This document shows positions 11,501-24,177 of a stretch of 64,000 nt of DNA, piece after piece. The DNA lies in assembly GCA_964234715.1 (NCBI GenBank), contig OZ174279.1; one strand, 5' to 3'. The DNA comes from Podarcis melisellensis (lineage: Eukaryota). Below the pieces are notes generated by a model. It saw only the letters and a list, made by a program, of their open reading frames with translations, was not told the DNA's origin and made no database searches. The position numbers were made by a program, and so were the translations under genes. The stretch's first letter is position 1. Every line of letters starts with the position of its first letter.

Positions 11501-13312
11501 GCATGCATGCTGGTGGAGTTCGTTGCTGCTGTAGGAATTGCTCCATCTCATCACACTTGTGTTTTTCTAGCAGCAGGGAGAAAATCATGAACTGTTTTAA
11601 AGAAAAGCCCTTTACACATAAAAGCAAGGGAAGTAAGGGTCAGAAAGCAAATGTATTTGCAGAAGTGTTTTTAATGGCTTGGGGCAAAAATGTGTTAATG
11701 TTTAATGTTTCTCTCCACCACTACCATCATTGTAATTTATAGGAACAGAAAGAATACCTTCATATTCTGGCAGCCCTATGTTACTGTAGCTTTTCCTACC
11801 TTTAGTTGTTCCGTCTCTTTTGAATCCTCCTTTGCTGAGCATCCAAAATGTCAAACAGAAAATGAGCCTGTAGCTGATGAGGGTTTCAAAAGGATCCCTA
11901 GGCTGACCTGCCTCTCAGACAATTAACCCATGGGCATTATGCACTTTTCAGCTTCTTCATTTCATACACAATTATTTTTTCCTCAGATTGCTTACAGACC
12001 ATAAAGTCGTAATAAGTGGTACATTAGCTTTACAGTATCATTCCAAGGCTGTCATAAAGGTATGCCTTTTCTACTTTCTGCCAGCCAGCTAATAAGGAGG
12101 TTGGAGAAGTATTCTGAAATACCCTTTCCATCTACCTACTTTTATGATTCACTGTTGAAATGTGGAAGCCTGATAGCAGAATAGCGTAATGAATGCCAGC
12201 GTGTGAAGTAAATGTTTAAAGGGCTCAATCAAATACACTTTAATTTCAGAAAACAGATTTGTTTAAAAGCACAGACCAGAATCTGCTTACCAGCTGATGG
12301 TTCTGGTTTTGCAAACACTTCTCTTACTACTCTCCTCGCCCTCCTGCACACATTTCCCTTTGCTTGTTTCCTAGTTTGGGTTGAAATCAACATGGCTGCT
12401 GTTTTCTTTCCTGGGCCCTGATGGCAAAGGTTTGCATTCATCACTGCTCCTCTACATAATGGAAAAAGAGGGGGAGAATGGTTTGAGCTTTGTTGACAAT
12501 AGTGCATGTTAGTGTAGGCCCTTCAATAAGAGAGGATAGCCACTGCCAGCCCTGGTTAATATTCTGGGGAAACACAGGAGTGTGCAATTGTCTTCAAAGG
12601 ATCTGTTGGCTCAGGTTTAAGCCGAGTATCCCTTTCGCTAGTTTCCCTTTCAACACTGAACAGAATCTCAATTCTGTATAAAGACTTCACCTACCTTAGG
12701 GAAAGCGAAACCTATTAAAGTGATAAAACCAGTGAGTTAATTCAAAAGATTCTGTGCTCTGATTGCTGATGAATTACACAGTCTGGGGCCTGGCTTTTCT
12801 GGAGCTGCAGTTCACAATTTAGCAGGATCAAACTGCCATCGTGGAAGAAAGCTCCTAAAAGCCACGGGCTTTGTGGCCCAGCCCCCATTCTTAGGGCCAT
12901 TCCGTGTGCTGGATCCTGGGTGGGAGGGCTCAGGAGCATAGCATTGGTGTTCAGTTCTAGCAGATCAGATTGTCGCTGCTGCTAAACACAGCAAATGAGA
13001 CTTAAAGGAATAAATTAAGGTAATGTTACACTCCAGGTTTGCCTTTGCCTTCCTTTCTTGAGACTGTTTTATATCAGTAGGAACCAGAGTTCACTGTTAA
13101 AGCAGGGTGGATTTTTTTTTTTTTTTACATGATAGTGCTCTTGTTGTTACTGTAGTTTTATAATTTGGATGGCTGTAGTGCTAGAAAACAAAATGAGTGG
13201 TTTTGCTTTTGGAGGACCTAATCCTTAGACCTGCTCAATTTTTAATTCTGACTGCTGAGGCTACTTTTACCAGCTTCAGCTGAGATGAACCTTTTTGTAG
13301 TTCATCTATGTG

Positions 13313-13316
<4 letters not shown>

Positions 13317-13352
<36 letters not shown>
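13317..13352. repeat. (GT)18 microsatellite
   Basis: Perfect GT run. Confidence 0.98.
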
Positions 13353-13355
<3 letters not shown>

Positions 13356-13630
13356 TTTCAACAAAAATCTTAAGGACATTGCAGAAGCTGTCTGAAAGTG
13401 GCTTGCCATTCCTGCAGTGAAATTCTCAGTACTTTGTAGTATGCCTTTTTTTCTACCAAAAAAACAATGGGAACCTAAACTAGCAGAGGTTTTAAAAATA
13501 TTTTATATTAGTTTCTAATGTATATTCTTACATTATCACAGTGCCGGTGTGTGTTCACCTGCGCAAAACTACTTTTTGTAATATTTTTGTGATCACAAAG
13601 CTTTGTTTCCCTCCTGTGTATTCAAAGTGC

Positions 13631-13636
13631 ATTAAA
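13631..13636 (+). terminator. Candidate SUFU polyadenylation signal (ATTAAA)
   Basis: ATTAAA preceded by tttttgtaatatttttgtg and tgtgta, followed ~15-30 nt later by GU-rich gttgtgtcttgtgtg. Confidence 0.6.
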
Positions 13637-16600
13637 CTTGTTTGCATAGTTGTGTCTTGTGTGCATTTATTGAGTGATTGCAGAACTGATAAATGAGACT
13701 TTATACTCTAACTCTTGTTTAACTTTCTCATTCCAGTGCTTTACAAGCTTCAGCCAGGTTAGGGGGCCCTTTGTCTGCACACAAACGTAAGAGCCTGGGC
13801 CCCAGCATTTGCTTATCAACGGTCCTCTGATGTGGTCTGTTTCCTTTTGCACAATATGATCTGCCTCAGGAGAAGGCTTGTATTAATAATTTCCATGGCA
13901 CTTACTTTGAAGTGGTAGCTGCTTTTACAATTTTTTATCAGTTTTACCCTCACAACCACAGTAGCACATTATGTTGCTCTGATTAACGTTTTTGTGTGTG
14001 CTATATTTGGACAGGGTGGATATACCATAACCGCTGTGGTCGAGAATGGATTGAGTTCTGTACTCTGATCAACATCTCCAAGGTTCAAGTCACACTCCTA
14101 TAAATCACATTCCCATAGGTAGTAGTGGCCACTTGTACTGTTACCACACTGAATTGCAGATGGAGCGTGATAGTGACTTGTCTTAACGGCAATCATTTGC
14201 ACATTAAATTGGATCCTAAAATAATGGCTTGAGGACAAGTGTTCAAAGTTTTAATGTCTATAATAGGGCTGTTGGGATTTTTGCCTCTGCAAGAAAGGAC
14301 AAAGAGAATGAAGGTGATTAATATAACATTTATATTTCCAAGCTTCCTTGCAATGTATCTGTGAAAAACACCTGGGCTTTATTAAAGTAATAACAGGCAA
14401 GTCTTGGCCTTCACACAAAATGAACCTTATTTCTATACACAAACGTCTTGTTCATCAAACATTGCAGTTTAAATGAAGACACCTTCCTCAGAGGTTAGAA
14501 ATACTCACTGAGGCTTGGTCCCACCATAACACCCTGTTCTGTAGAGGGCCTGACTCCTACAGAGAGTCTTCCTTTCTTCAGCCTATGTTGGGGACGGTTA
14601 GCTCTATCGGACTAGATCAGGGATCCGGAACCTCAAGCCCAAGAGCCAAACAGGGCCTTTCAGACCTCTCTGTCTCCAGGCTATACTCCTCACTGACATT
14701 GCACCCGAATGTTTTTGCTTGGCTGCAATGTGTTTTGAACACTGATTGTGCCTCTTGCTTTTCTGGATTTGGGGAGGGGGGTTAATTGTGGAGGTATCAT
14801 GTGAAGCATGCTGTGGCACACCAGACACATCCATGCCCAAACTGCACAGATCCCCCAGTCTATTGTACTTTGCCTGCATAGAAATACTGTGGCTCCTCAC
14901 TGGATCTTGTTTCTCACTTTAGTGCATCATTGCTCTTGAATGCAGAGGCCTATAGCATTGGAGGTTATTGCTGCTAAGGAAGATTGTCTCTCATGTATCC
15001 AGTGGTCACTTTGAGGACCAATAGACGCATAATTGTAAATAAAATCTTTCTGTCATCCAAATTTCTAGCTACAGTACCTGTCTGAATTCTGATTCAGTGA
15101 ATCTCAGCCCTGATGGGTTTCTCTGTGTTTTTACAGCCACATTAGGAACCACACAAAAATGGTGCTTATGTGTTATAAAGAACTAAAGGAAATTGACAAG
15201 ATGGAGCTCCTCTGTGCTTCATTCGTGCCTGAAATTGAACTGAAGACTCCCAAAGTCAACGAGTGGCACATCCACAATTTTAATCAAAGATCCTTAGCTG
15301 CCTAGCATTGCCTGTGGGTTTGGGTCAAAGGAGGACATGGAATCCATTCCACATAGATAGGGCTGTGAGGGGGTGTCTTATTTTTGTATTTTGTATTGCT
15401 ATAGTATCTGGTGTGGGACCAGCATCCTAATTTCTCAGATTGTATTTTTTTTAAAAAAAATTCTAGTGTTGGATATGGAGGAGAGCTTTAATGAAGGCTG
15501 GACAAGGACTTGCAATATTCAGCAAATGAAAGGTGAGGGAAGAGGCCTGTACAGTTACTTGTTCATCCTCTACAGCTGCTCTACAGCCTTGGAGAGTGTA
15601 GAGTGTAGGTTAAAAGCATGAACTTTTTTTAGGAGGGAGCCATTTCCATCTGTGTCATCAAGGATCAGGGAGAACACATTTAAAGTTTCACTGAGATGGT
15701 ATTTCACTTTCAGTAGGTTATATAATCATCTCAGTTGGAGTCGCAGAGGTTGGAACATCTTTCCACATGTGGTGGCAGTGTACAAGGCTCCAATCATTTT
15801 GGTCAAATGTTTTTAGGTGAGTCCTACATTTATATTAGCAGTCTTTCAAAATGATTTGGCAGAAGTAACAGATAAGGAGCTAACAATTTTCCTCTTGAAG
15901 ATTGCTAGGCCATTTATAACATGGACATGAAAAACAGAAGAGGGGTCTGCAGTTGAGCGATGATACACACAAGTGTGGGATATTGTATTACTATAAGAAC
16001 AAATGCAAAAGTCTAAAGGCTTCAGAAGGGAATTAAGACAAGGAATATTTTATGAACTAAGGTATGAATATATTTCATATTGAGAACCACCTGATAACTG
16101 GAAATTGATGGCAGGATTTGTTTATTTGACAGGGAAGCCATTTTGATTCCTCTGTTGGACTTTCTCCCCATGTTTATATGGATTTTGTTACTGTTTGATA
16201 TTCCCTGGGATAAATATTAGTGTTCTTAAGCAAGGGGGGGGTAAACTTTATTGGAAGACTAACAGTTCAAATCTCAGCTCAGAAACTCTGTGGGTACCCA
16301 TAGGCCAAAGGGGGTAAAACTGTAGAATTGGAAGGGACCCTGAGAATCATCTGGTCCAAACCCCTGCAAAGCAGGAATCTCAATTAAAGCATACATTACA
16401 GATTTATGCTTTAACATCTGGAGGGTCACCAGTTCCTCACCCATGTTTTAAGCAAAGCCCTGATTGAGGCTTGTTACGGTACCCTTACAGCCCACTCCTG
16501 TCTCCTTCACGCCATTCAGTGCCCAGTTCCTTACTAAAAATTACAGATGTTTCCATTATATGAAACTGGAAAGTGGTGCATAACACAAGATACCTGCAGA

Positions 16601-17629
16601 GTTGGTTCACTCTTAACTCATACTCTGGGATTTATTTCAGTGCAGAATTTGGAATTTCTTTTTGTGTTGAATGCATATAGGGCATTCTCATATGATACGG
16701 AAAGTTAGATCTTGCCGACACACAAGATAGTAGGTGCATACAGATTAAGAGTATATACGGGTGTGGGAGGTACAGAATACCAGCAAGAGTGGGGCATTGA
16801 TTTACTCAGCTATTTAGAAAGAGTTCTGTGCTCACCACCCTCAGGCAATGCGCATCTGGCCTATGGCACAAAGTTAATATTTCAACTGCTTTGAGGTTGG
16901 GCTGAATGCTAAATCTCCACTGAGGCTGGAAGAGGCATACGCCTACAGCATACAGGCAGCTATGGGCTTGCTCTTGCAGACCAGCCAACATTTACCTCTT
17001 TAGGCAGCGATCAACTAATAATGGGGCTGACACTGTTTCCATACCACTTCCAAATCTTTTCTACTATCCCAGAGTGAATTCTAGTTTTTGATTGTTTCTT
17101 CTAAAGGGCTGCAGAACGTTTTTATTGCCACTGATTTCTTTACCGTCGTCGTAAAGTTCAGACATGCTTTGCAAGAGCTGAGCTGCTCAGTCTGCAATTT
17201 TTTTTGCTCTGAAGCAACTGAAACATGGAAAAAATAAGGTAATGCACTCCCAGGCATTGATCCTAGCAGCAATGAGAGAAGCAAACCACAAAGGATCTAA
17301 GGGGGGGGGAGCACAAGGAGTTGCTACTAGTATAGTAGCTGTGTGATCCTACTAGTCCCATCTGGTCCAATGGTGGCAGGCTGCTGCAGTCTTCTGCAAA
17401 ACATGTATCTGGAAGTGCCCTTAGGCATCTGGTCAGCCTTAACATTGGGCAATATGAAACAACTTGGTTTTTGAAGATGCATCAAGGATGCTGTGCAGAA
17501 AGTGAATGCTAAGATTTAAATAACTGATCTCCCAACTCTGTTGGCATTAGTGTCTGCATGAGCTAAGGAAAAAGCAGGAAGGGGCTTGTGCTGCAGATTA
17601 AGTTGCCCAGAAATACGTGTGACCAGTAG

Positions 17630-18030
17630 TTATTATTTATTAAATGTATATACTATCCTTCATCAGAGGATCACAGGGCGGTTTACAGTATAGAAACACA
17701 AAAATGTGTAACGTAATACCCACTACACACACACACAGTTCTAAAGGCCATAGATTGTTTAATCAGTCAAAGGCCTGCTTGAGGAATGCTTTCGCCTAGT
17801 ACCTAAAGATAGGTGAGCTCCCTGGGGAGAGCATTCCACAAGCAGGGAGCCACTGCAGAAAAGGCCAGTTCTCGTGTTGCCACCCTCTGGACCTCTTGTG
17901 GAGGGGACACACAAATAAGGGCCTCAGGTGATGGTCAAAGGGTCCAGTCCTGTGATTATATGGAGAGAGGCAGTCCTTGAGGTATTGCGGCCTTGAACCG
18001 TTTAAAGCTTTATAGAGCAAACCTGTACTT
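17630..18030 (-). mobile_element. L2-type LINE 3' fragment
   Basis: Minus-strand peptide LYKALNGSRPQYLKDCLSPY, typical of the L2 ORF2 C-terminus, then a 3' tail (tgtaaaccgccctgtgatcctc...atacatttaataaataa). Confidence 0.75.
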
Positions 18031-20089
18031 TATAATAATAGTATACTACTAATCTAACTGGGTTGCCCCAGCCACTATGGGCGGCATCCAACAAAGATAC
18101 CAAAAAAAAGTATGCCTCCTTTAGAGCCAAACTTTCTTGCAGAGGTGGAGATTTTCCAACTAAAAAATAAAAGACTGTTTTCCTCCCATTTCCCTCTGTG
18201 TTATTCTGTATCTTGCAAATGGAGGAAACTGAACTTGGTTAATTGAGCCAGACCCCTCTCCTTGTGCAGTGAAAAGGCAAGACCAGACTAACGTTCTGCC
18301 AGTCACAGCCTGGAGGATACTGGGTACAGCTCCTGAACTGCCTGCATGCCTTACTATCTGCTCCAATGGCCTGCCCCCTGTTTTCATATCCTCTTCTCCT
18401 TCCTTATCAGGGCTTGGGGGCAGGGCGAGCTGGGGCATTGGGCACTGCAGGGTGGCTGAGGGGGAGGCAGCGAATGGACACAAGCCCCACACTGCCTTTT
18501 TGGGCAACATGGTGTCTGCAGGTGCCCAAGCCACCGCGTCACTCCCAGGCGAGCTGCAGGCACTGCGGTAAGTGCTGCCCCCACAATAAGTGGTCACCTA
18601 GTGTGACTCCACCCCCACCCCACCCCCTACCTATGCTAGTGTTCCTTATTCTCATTTGTGTTTTTTTAAAAAGCAAAAAGTATTTGAAATCTAGATCTTG
18701 GAAGCAAATGTGCTCTGCAAAATAAATGCATTGCACAGTTTTGTTTTGTTTTGTTTTTTGCATATTTTGGCACACAGAAATCTCATTGTGCTCTGATTAT
18801 GGTAACTACCTGTGAATGGACTCTAGTTTTCTGGTGCCTTGCAAGCTAATCCATGAGATTCAATTTTAAAATAGTTTTTTAAAGTGTGTTTCTAAACCTT
18901 TGTGTTTACTGCTATGTTTGGCTATGTGCAACAAGCCATGCCGGATAAAGGTGCTGCATGCGGCTTTTAAAGGGCAGGCGTTAGTGCAGGAGCTTAGGCA
19001 TTCCTGTCATCTCCACAACACCATTTTACTGGGAGGAGCCTTCCCTGAATATCATCATCTTGCTGGTATCTGTGGGACCCAGGATTATCAGCTGTTCATC
19101 TGCATTTGCTAGATTCTCATTCACTTGGTTCCCTGCTCTCTCCCTAGCCTGACTGCTTGTGCCGCGTGGCTGTTTTCTCAACTCTGCCTACACAAGTTGT
19201 GTTTGTGAGGGCTTAGCCAGATTACTAAGTAACACTTCCTGGAACTTGCTATAAGCATTCACTTGGCCCCCACACAGTCTTTGGTTTCCTGCTTTGGCTA
19301 GCCTGAAACCTATTAGGAGCTCTAACGTGTAGATTCTTCTGTTTAAATAAAAAAACAGCAGTTTCTCTCTTTCTCACCTCCCACCCACCTTCTCCAGGTC
19401 AGAGTCACAGTCCTGCTTAAGAAAGAAAGAGAGATTAAAAATATTTCTTTTGAGTTATAAAGGTCCAATAAACAGACTGGTTGTGGGGAAAATAATTATC
19501 CACAGGTAAGTCATTTTCACAGCCCCAGGCTGGCTGAATACATGTTAAGATCATTGGGGCCTCTTTGGTTACCATGTTGGGACTAGAACCTGGCACACCA
19601 GGGTTCAAATCCTGACTCAGCCATAAAGTTCACTGAGTGACCTTGGGTTCCTTGGAGGAAAGGAAATGGGATATGATTGATTGATTGATTGATTGATTGA
19701 TAGATATATAGAGAGAGCCACGAGAAACACCCTGAAAGCACTGCACATGTCAGTTTGCAGGCTATTGTCGCAACACTGTTGAATGCAATATTCAGTGACT
19801 CTCAGAAAAATTGCATGTGCTGTAACTTGATAAAAGTGCATAGCAGCCTAGCAGCATCAGTGCCACAAAATGCCTGGGAAGAACAGGTGAATGAAGATCT
19901 ACATCAGTTACGGGGGGTGGGGGGGGGAATAAAGATTTACATTGGAATCTGCTGCTTTTGTGGATCCTGCCGCCCGAGGCAATTCCCTACCTTGCCTCAT
20001 GGGTGGGCCAGCCTTGCTGCCTAGACACAACTCGGTGTCCTTGGTTCTGTTTCAGGAAATACACCTTCCTACAACTACCATGAGCTCAT

Positions 20090-20320
20090 CTACACTATAC
20101 AGTCAAGGCAATGGCTGCTCCCAAAGGACTTTGGAAACTGTGGTTTGTTGAGGGTGCTCATGAGGGGGAAACTACTGTTCCTGAGATTCTTTAGGAGAAG
20201 CCATGACATTTGAAAGAATGATGTGGATCTGACCTTAGTGAAGAGGCCCAGAATATCTTCTAGCTCTTTGAGATGGACAGAGTCACCCACTTCTATGAGA
20301 GGAGGAGACATAGAGTACAT
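20090..20320 (-). mobile_element. Decayed LINE (L2-like) ORF2 fragment
   Basis: Translation ..KVRSTSFFQMSWLLLK.. is reminiscent of the L2 TTC.LDP.PSWLLK motif; weak. Confidence 0.3.
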
Positions 20321-20372
20321 AGGTAGATAAGAAACTAATGAATGACAGGCCAGGCTATTTGTCCATCTAGGC

Positions 20373-20472
20373 TAGGCATCCCCAACCTTCAGCCCTCCAG
20401 ATGTCCTGTTAGCTAGGGATCATGGGAGTTGTAGGCCAAAACATCTGGAGGGCCGCAGGTTGGGGATGCCTA
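20373..20472. mobile_element. hAT (Charlie/Buster-type) MITE, internally deleted
   Basis: TIR TAGGCATCCCCAACCT at both ends; perfect 8-bp TSD ATCTAGGC (20365-20372 and 20473-20480). Confidence 0.9.
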
Positions 20473-21059
20473 ATCTAGGCAAACTCAAGATTGCTTTCCA
20501 GGGTCTTGGGCACTTGCTACCTGATTCTTATAACTGGAGATGCCCTGGATTGAACCTTAGCCCTTCTTCAGGCTGAACGCCTGCTCTCTACTCACTGACC
20601 TCTGGTTCCTCCCCAGTCTTTCTCTGATCACGAAGCTGACTTCATTGCTACTTTTTCTCCTAACTTAGCCTTCTTTCCTCCCTCCCTCCCTCCCTCGTTT
20701 TGCTTTCCCTTGGATTTTATACTGAGAATTTTTCTTAGCCCCTTTTTATCTTCAATGAGCTTAACAAGCATTTCCTAATTAACATAGAGGTTAAACCTAA
20801 ACTCGAGTTAATTTAGGTTATTGGAAAGCAGCTTGGAATTTGAAGGTGCAGGCATGTGAAAAAGAAGGGAGAAAGATGGGCAAGAAACCTGGGCCTTCCT
20901 TTGCAGTATCACCTGGAGCCCTTTGCACTGCAGACAACTCCCTGCAGGGTGCCTGTCAGATGTCAGGCAAGAGATCATAAAGGCAGGTGGGGGATGAGAC
21001 AGGCTGGCAGGTCAGTAGCAGACAGGCTGTGAGCAGGTTGACCGTAAGCCAGAAACCTG

Positions 21060-21245
21060 GAGGTATGGAACATGATCTGCCTTGCAGTGAGTCAGACCTG
21101 TCTAGCTCTCTGTTGTCTACACAGACTGGCAGCAGCCTCCAGGATTTCCGGCACTGGTCTCTCCCAGCCCTACCTGGAGATGTGGGGATGGAACCTGGGA
21201 CCTTTCACATTTAAACCAGATTCTTTGTCACTTAGCTATGGCCCT
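21060..21245 (-). mobile_element. tRNA-derived squamate SINE (same family as 24178-24398)
   Basis: Reverse complement has a tRNA-like head (gccatagctaagtgacaaag...ccaggttccatcccc) and a body shared with 24178-24398. Confidence 0.65.
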
Positions 21246-21716
21246 TAGCCACCTCACTCAAGCCCCTCCCCCTGCCCCCATTATGCAGTGCCCAGACTGA
21301 TAGAAGACAGGAGGTCTGTGGGCCTTTATATACCTTAATAGCACCTGATCAGGTCTCCACAAGCACCTGGCTTTCTATGTCAAGAGGATCACAGGCTTCT
21401 TAAGTAACGGCCTATAGAATTCTTCCCTCCCCCAGCTAGCAGGCTTGTTGATGTGTGGATTTGGTGTGCTCCTGGTTTATTCTATTGTATTTAGCAAGAT
21501 TTATATACTGTACCACTTACTTGAAAGATAAATCAACGGTCTGCATAAGCAATTGATCCACATGGCTTTGTATTCAATTCAGGCCCTGTGACCACCCCTG
21601 GACACTTTATACACACAGTAATGACAAGGCGAACAGCAGGAAATGGTTTGGTGGGATGTTGTGTGAGCTCTATGGCTGTAGTATTGCATAACCCAGACCC
21701 ATAAGATGGGAGAGTA

Positions 21717-23030
21717 CCGCACTTTTCCGTCTATAAGTCGTCCCCATGTATAAGATGTATATTTTGGGGGACTCAAGTTTTAAGAAAATGAGGGGAGATG
21801 GCCCAAAGCTGTTGAGCTTCTCCCCCATGCGGCAGCAGGCAGGAAAAACTCCCTAGATTGTTTCCTGCGCACAGTGGCATTGGGGGAAGTTGCGCTCCCT
21901 GGCGGCATGCAGCTTTCCCCCCTCCCCCCACCACAGCTATGGGTAGGGTAACACTCCCTAGATCGTTTCCCACTCGCTGCAGCATCAGGGGAAGTTGCGC
22001 TCCTTCCTGCCAACTGGCTTGGTTGGCGGGTGTGCTGCCCCCCCCATGCCACTACCTGTGTGTTGGATGACCCCAGTTTTTTAAAAAAATAAATAAATAA
22101 ACCAGTCTTTAGTTAAAGTGATGCTGTACACAGCAACTGGAATAAAAGCTCCCCCCCCCCACTCCACCCTTGCTGTGTGAGAAACAAGACCACAAACACA
22201 TTTCCTGGACTTCCAAGAGCATCTTCGCAGTTTTCAAAGATGGGGGGCCAGGAGGAGCAACCCATCATTCAATATCCACCAGTTCCACTTCAAAGAAAAG
22301 TTTTGCATTTGGTGGAATTTTGGCATCCGGCTGCCCTTTCTTCCCATAAGCCCATTCTGGTTTGATTTCCAGGTGAGCATTCTCCCCTTTGCTCATGGTC
22401 AGCAGAGCTTCGTCCCAGCCTTGTATCCCTTTTCCAATGCTGACTGTGAAGCTCAGTGGTTTTGCAGCTTTCTTTTTCTTTGAACTTGTCTGAATATTAC
22501 TATTGAAGACTGTTCCATCTTGCAGCTTCCCTGCATACCAACAGTGAACGACATCGCCCTTTTTGGGACAGTTGATTTTATCCCCCTTCTTCAGTACTGA
22601 CTTTGTATATTTTGGGTGGGCCCTCATCCACAGCTTCCTCAGGCTTTGTCTCCTTGGGCTTCTCATCATCAATCTTGACATTTTTCACTTGCTCTGCTAC
22701 ATGCGCGGGACTCAGTACCCTTAAATCTCTTGGTTCAAAGAGCTTGTTATAACCAGCTGCTCCTTACTGGCTTTCTTGGCCACATTTTTTATCTGTCCTA
22801 GTAGTTTGTGCTCTGACAGGAACTTGTGCACTGCCTGCTCCTGCAGGGTGCGGACAATCTCCTTCTTGGGGGCTCCAGGGCCGTGCGGGGGCCACCATGG
22901 CATCGCCTCCTCACAAGCGTCGCCGCCTCACACAAGCAAGGGCTCCCCCATGAAGCCGGCACTCAAGACCCCAGTTTTTTTACGCAATTTTTTAGTCAAA
23001 AAACCTCATCTAATACACGGAAAAATACGG
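21717..23030. mobile_element. Non-autonomous Tc1/mariner-superfamily (Tc2-like) TIR element interrupted by the FKBP3 retrocopy
   Basis: Left TA|CCGCACTTTTCCGTCTATAAGTCG; right end reverse-complements to CCGTATTTTTCCGTGTATTAGATG (18/24 identical). CCGTATTT termini with a TA target are typical of Tc2-group elements. Right flank reads AA rather than TA. GC-rich internal ~100-bp duplicated unit. Confidence 0.75.
22083..22966 (-). pseudogene. FKBP3: FKBP3 (FKBP25) processed pseudogene
   Basis: Intronless, from ATG at 22898 to TGA at 22265. C-terminal PPIase domain readable (PKYTKSVLKKGDK..GDVVHCWY.G.LQDGTVF..GWDEALLTMSKGE..WAYGKKGQPDAKIPPNAKL.FEVELVDI). N-terminal half has deletions and frameshifts. 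5' and 3' UTR included; 14-bp TSD GACCCCAGTTTTTT at 22069-22082 and 22967-22980. Confidence 0.95.
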
Positions 23031-23728
23031 AAAGTCTGTGGGGAAACAGCTCCCTTAAATCCAGGGAGGTTCTTTGTGGCCTTCCATGAGGACAATGTAA
23101 TATCGATGAATGAACTACAAAGCCTCAAATCAGCTCACCAGCCTGCATTCTGCCATGGAAAGAGCATCTGGTTTGAGCAAAGCTATTCTAGGCTTTGAAG
23201 CTCAGTGGGTGGCCTTGAGCAAGGTGTGTGTGCTCTCAGCCTAACCTACCTTTCAGGCTTGCTGGGAGGATAAATGAGGCAAGAGCTGCAGAGCATTGCA
23301 CACTCTGAAAAGTGCTAGAGAACTAAATCGCATTAGATGAATTTCCTTCTGGGTTTGAAGGAACATGGCAATACTTTGCATGCTGTATGTCCTTGGGTGC
23401 CCCTCTGCTTTTTAAAAAGGTATTGGTTAGTGGAGCTGGAAAGGACTTAAAAGCCTTTAGAGGGGAGGCCAGACTTCAGACTTTTGTGTTTGACTTGAAC
23501 CTCAAGATCTGCCACCTGGGGCCAGGTGTAAAAGACATACACTTAAGATGAAAGAATAGGGTACTTTGAAGTAGCTGCTGAGCACAGGGATTTGTTTTGA
23601 GTACCAGCTGAACTCACAGTCCTCCTGCAAAATCCATTCCTGGTTAATCCAAGTGTTCTTAATTGGATTTGAAAGAAGGAGCCATTTAGTTGTTGCCATT
23701 GCCAAACAATTGGGAGTCAGAATTCTTG

Positions 23729-23890
23729 TTTTTTTTTTTTTTAAAATATCTTTTATTAAGGATTTTCTTGTTTTACAGAAGTGTAGTGCCTCGTATTTTT
23801 TTTTTCTTCTTCTTCCACGTAGCGTTTTTACAAATCTGTTTCATTTGTTGAGGCATTAGGGGGAGAAGAAAAAAGAAAGAAAAAAGAAAG
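23729..23890 (-). mobile_element. Polyadenylated 3' end of a retroposed element (L1-like)
   Basis: Poly(T) tract on the + strand followed by TTTATT (AATAAA on the minus strand) and 3'-UTR-like sequence; no TSD identified. Confidence 0.5.
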
Positions 23891-24177
23891 GTACTGCAGA
23901 TCACAAGGAGAGTTACCAGTAGATCCTGATCTACCTTCTGCCCAGCCCCGGCCTATAGCCATGCCCACTTTAATGCCTTTCCCTTAACATATTGGGGAAA
24001 CAACAAAAGATCATTCGGCAAGCTGTGCATTTTCTTCTTTGTAGCCATCAATGTGTCATAGTAGCTATAGCAAGATAACTGACATAGTCACCCACCCATT
24101 ATGGGCTCTTGTAATCAATGGCTGGAAAATGATCTGTAGCGTTGGGTATGAGTTGAAATGTTTCAATTAGTTGAATG

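Larger units (their letters stand above)
6881..13655 (+). other. SUFU: Putative long SUFU 3' UTR (~6.8 kb)
   Basis: Follows the stop codon, is markedly TE-poor compared with the downstream region, and ends in a U-rich tract with UGUA motifs, ATTAAA and a GU-rich downstream element. The end point is inferred. Confidence 0.6.

Noticed and set aside
11874-11895. CTGATGA hammerhead-core candidates (also 24953, 51437, 61478)
   Set aside because: None has a stem II closed by a correctly placed GAAA with stems I and III.
18160-18725. Overlapping 100-145 aa ORFs on both strands
   Set aside because: GC-rich segment of a probable non-autonomous DNA transposon; no recognisable protein or splice architecture.
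21589-21598. GLI-like sites (GACCACCCC here; variants at 23207, 39706, 42400) suggesting Hedgehog feedback
   Set aside because: No perfect GACCACCCA seen, sites are scattered, some lie in repeats, and the count is compatible with chance.
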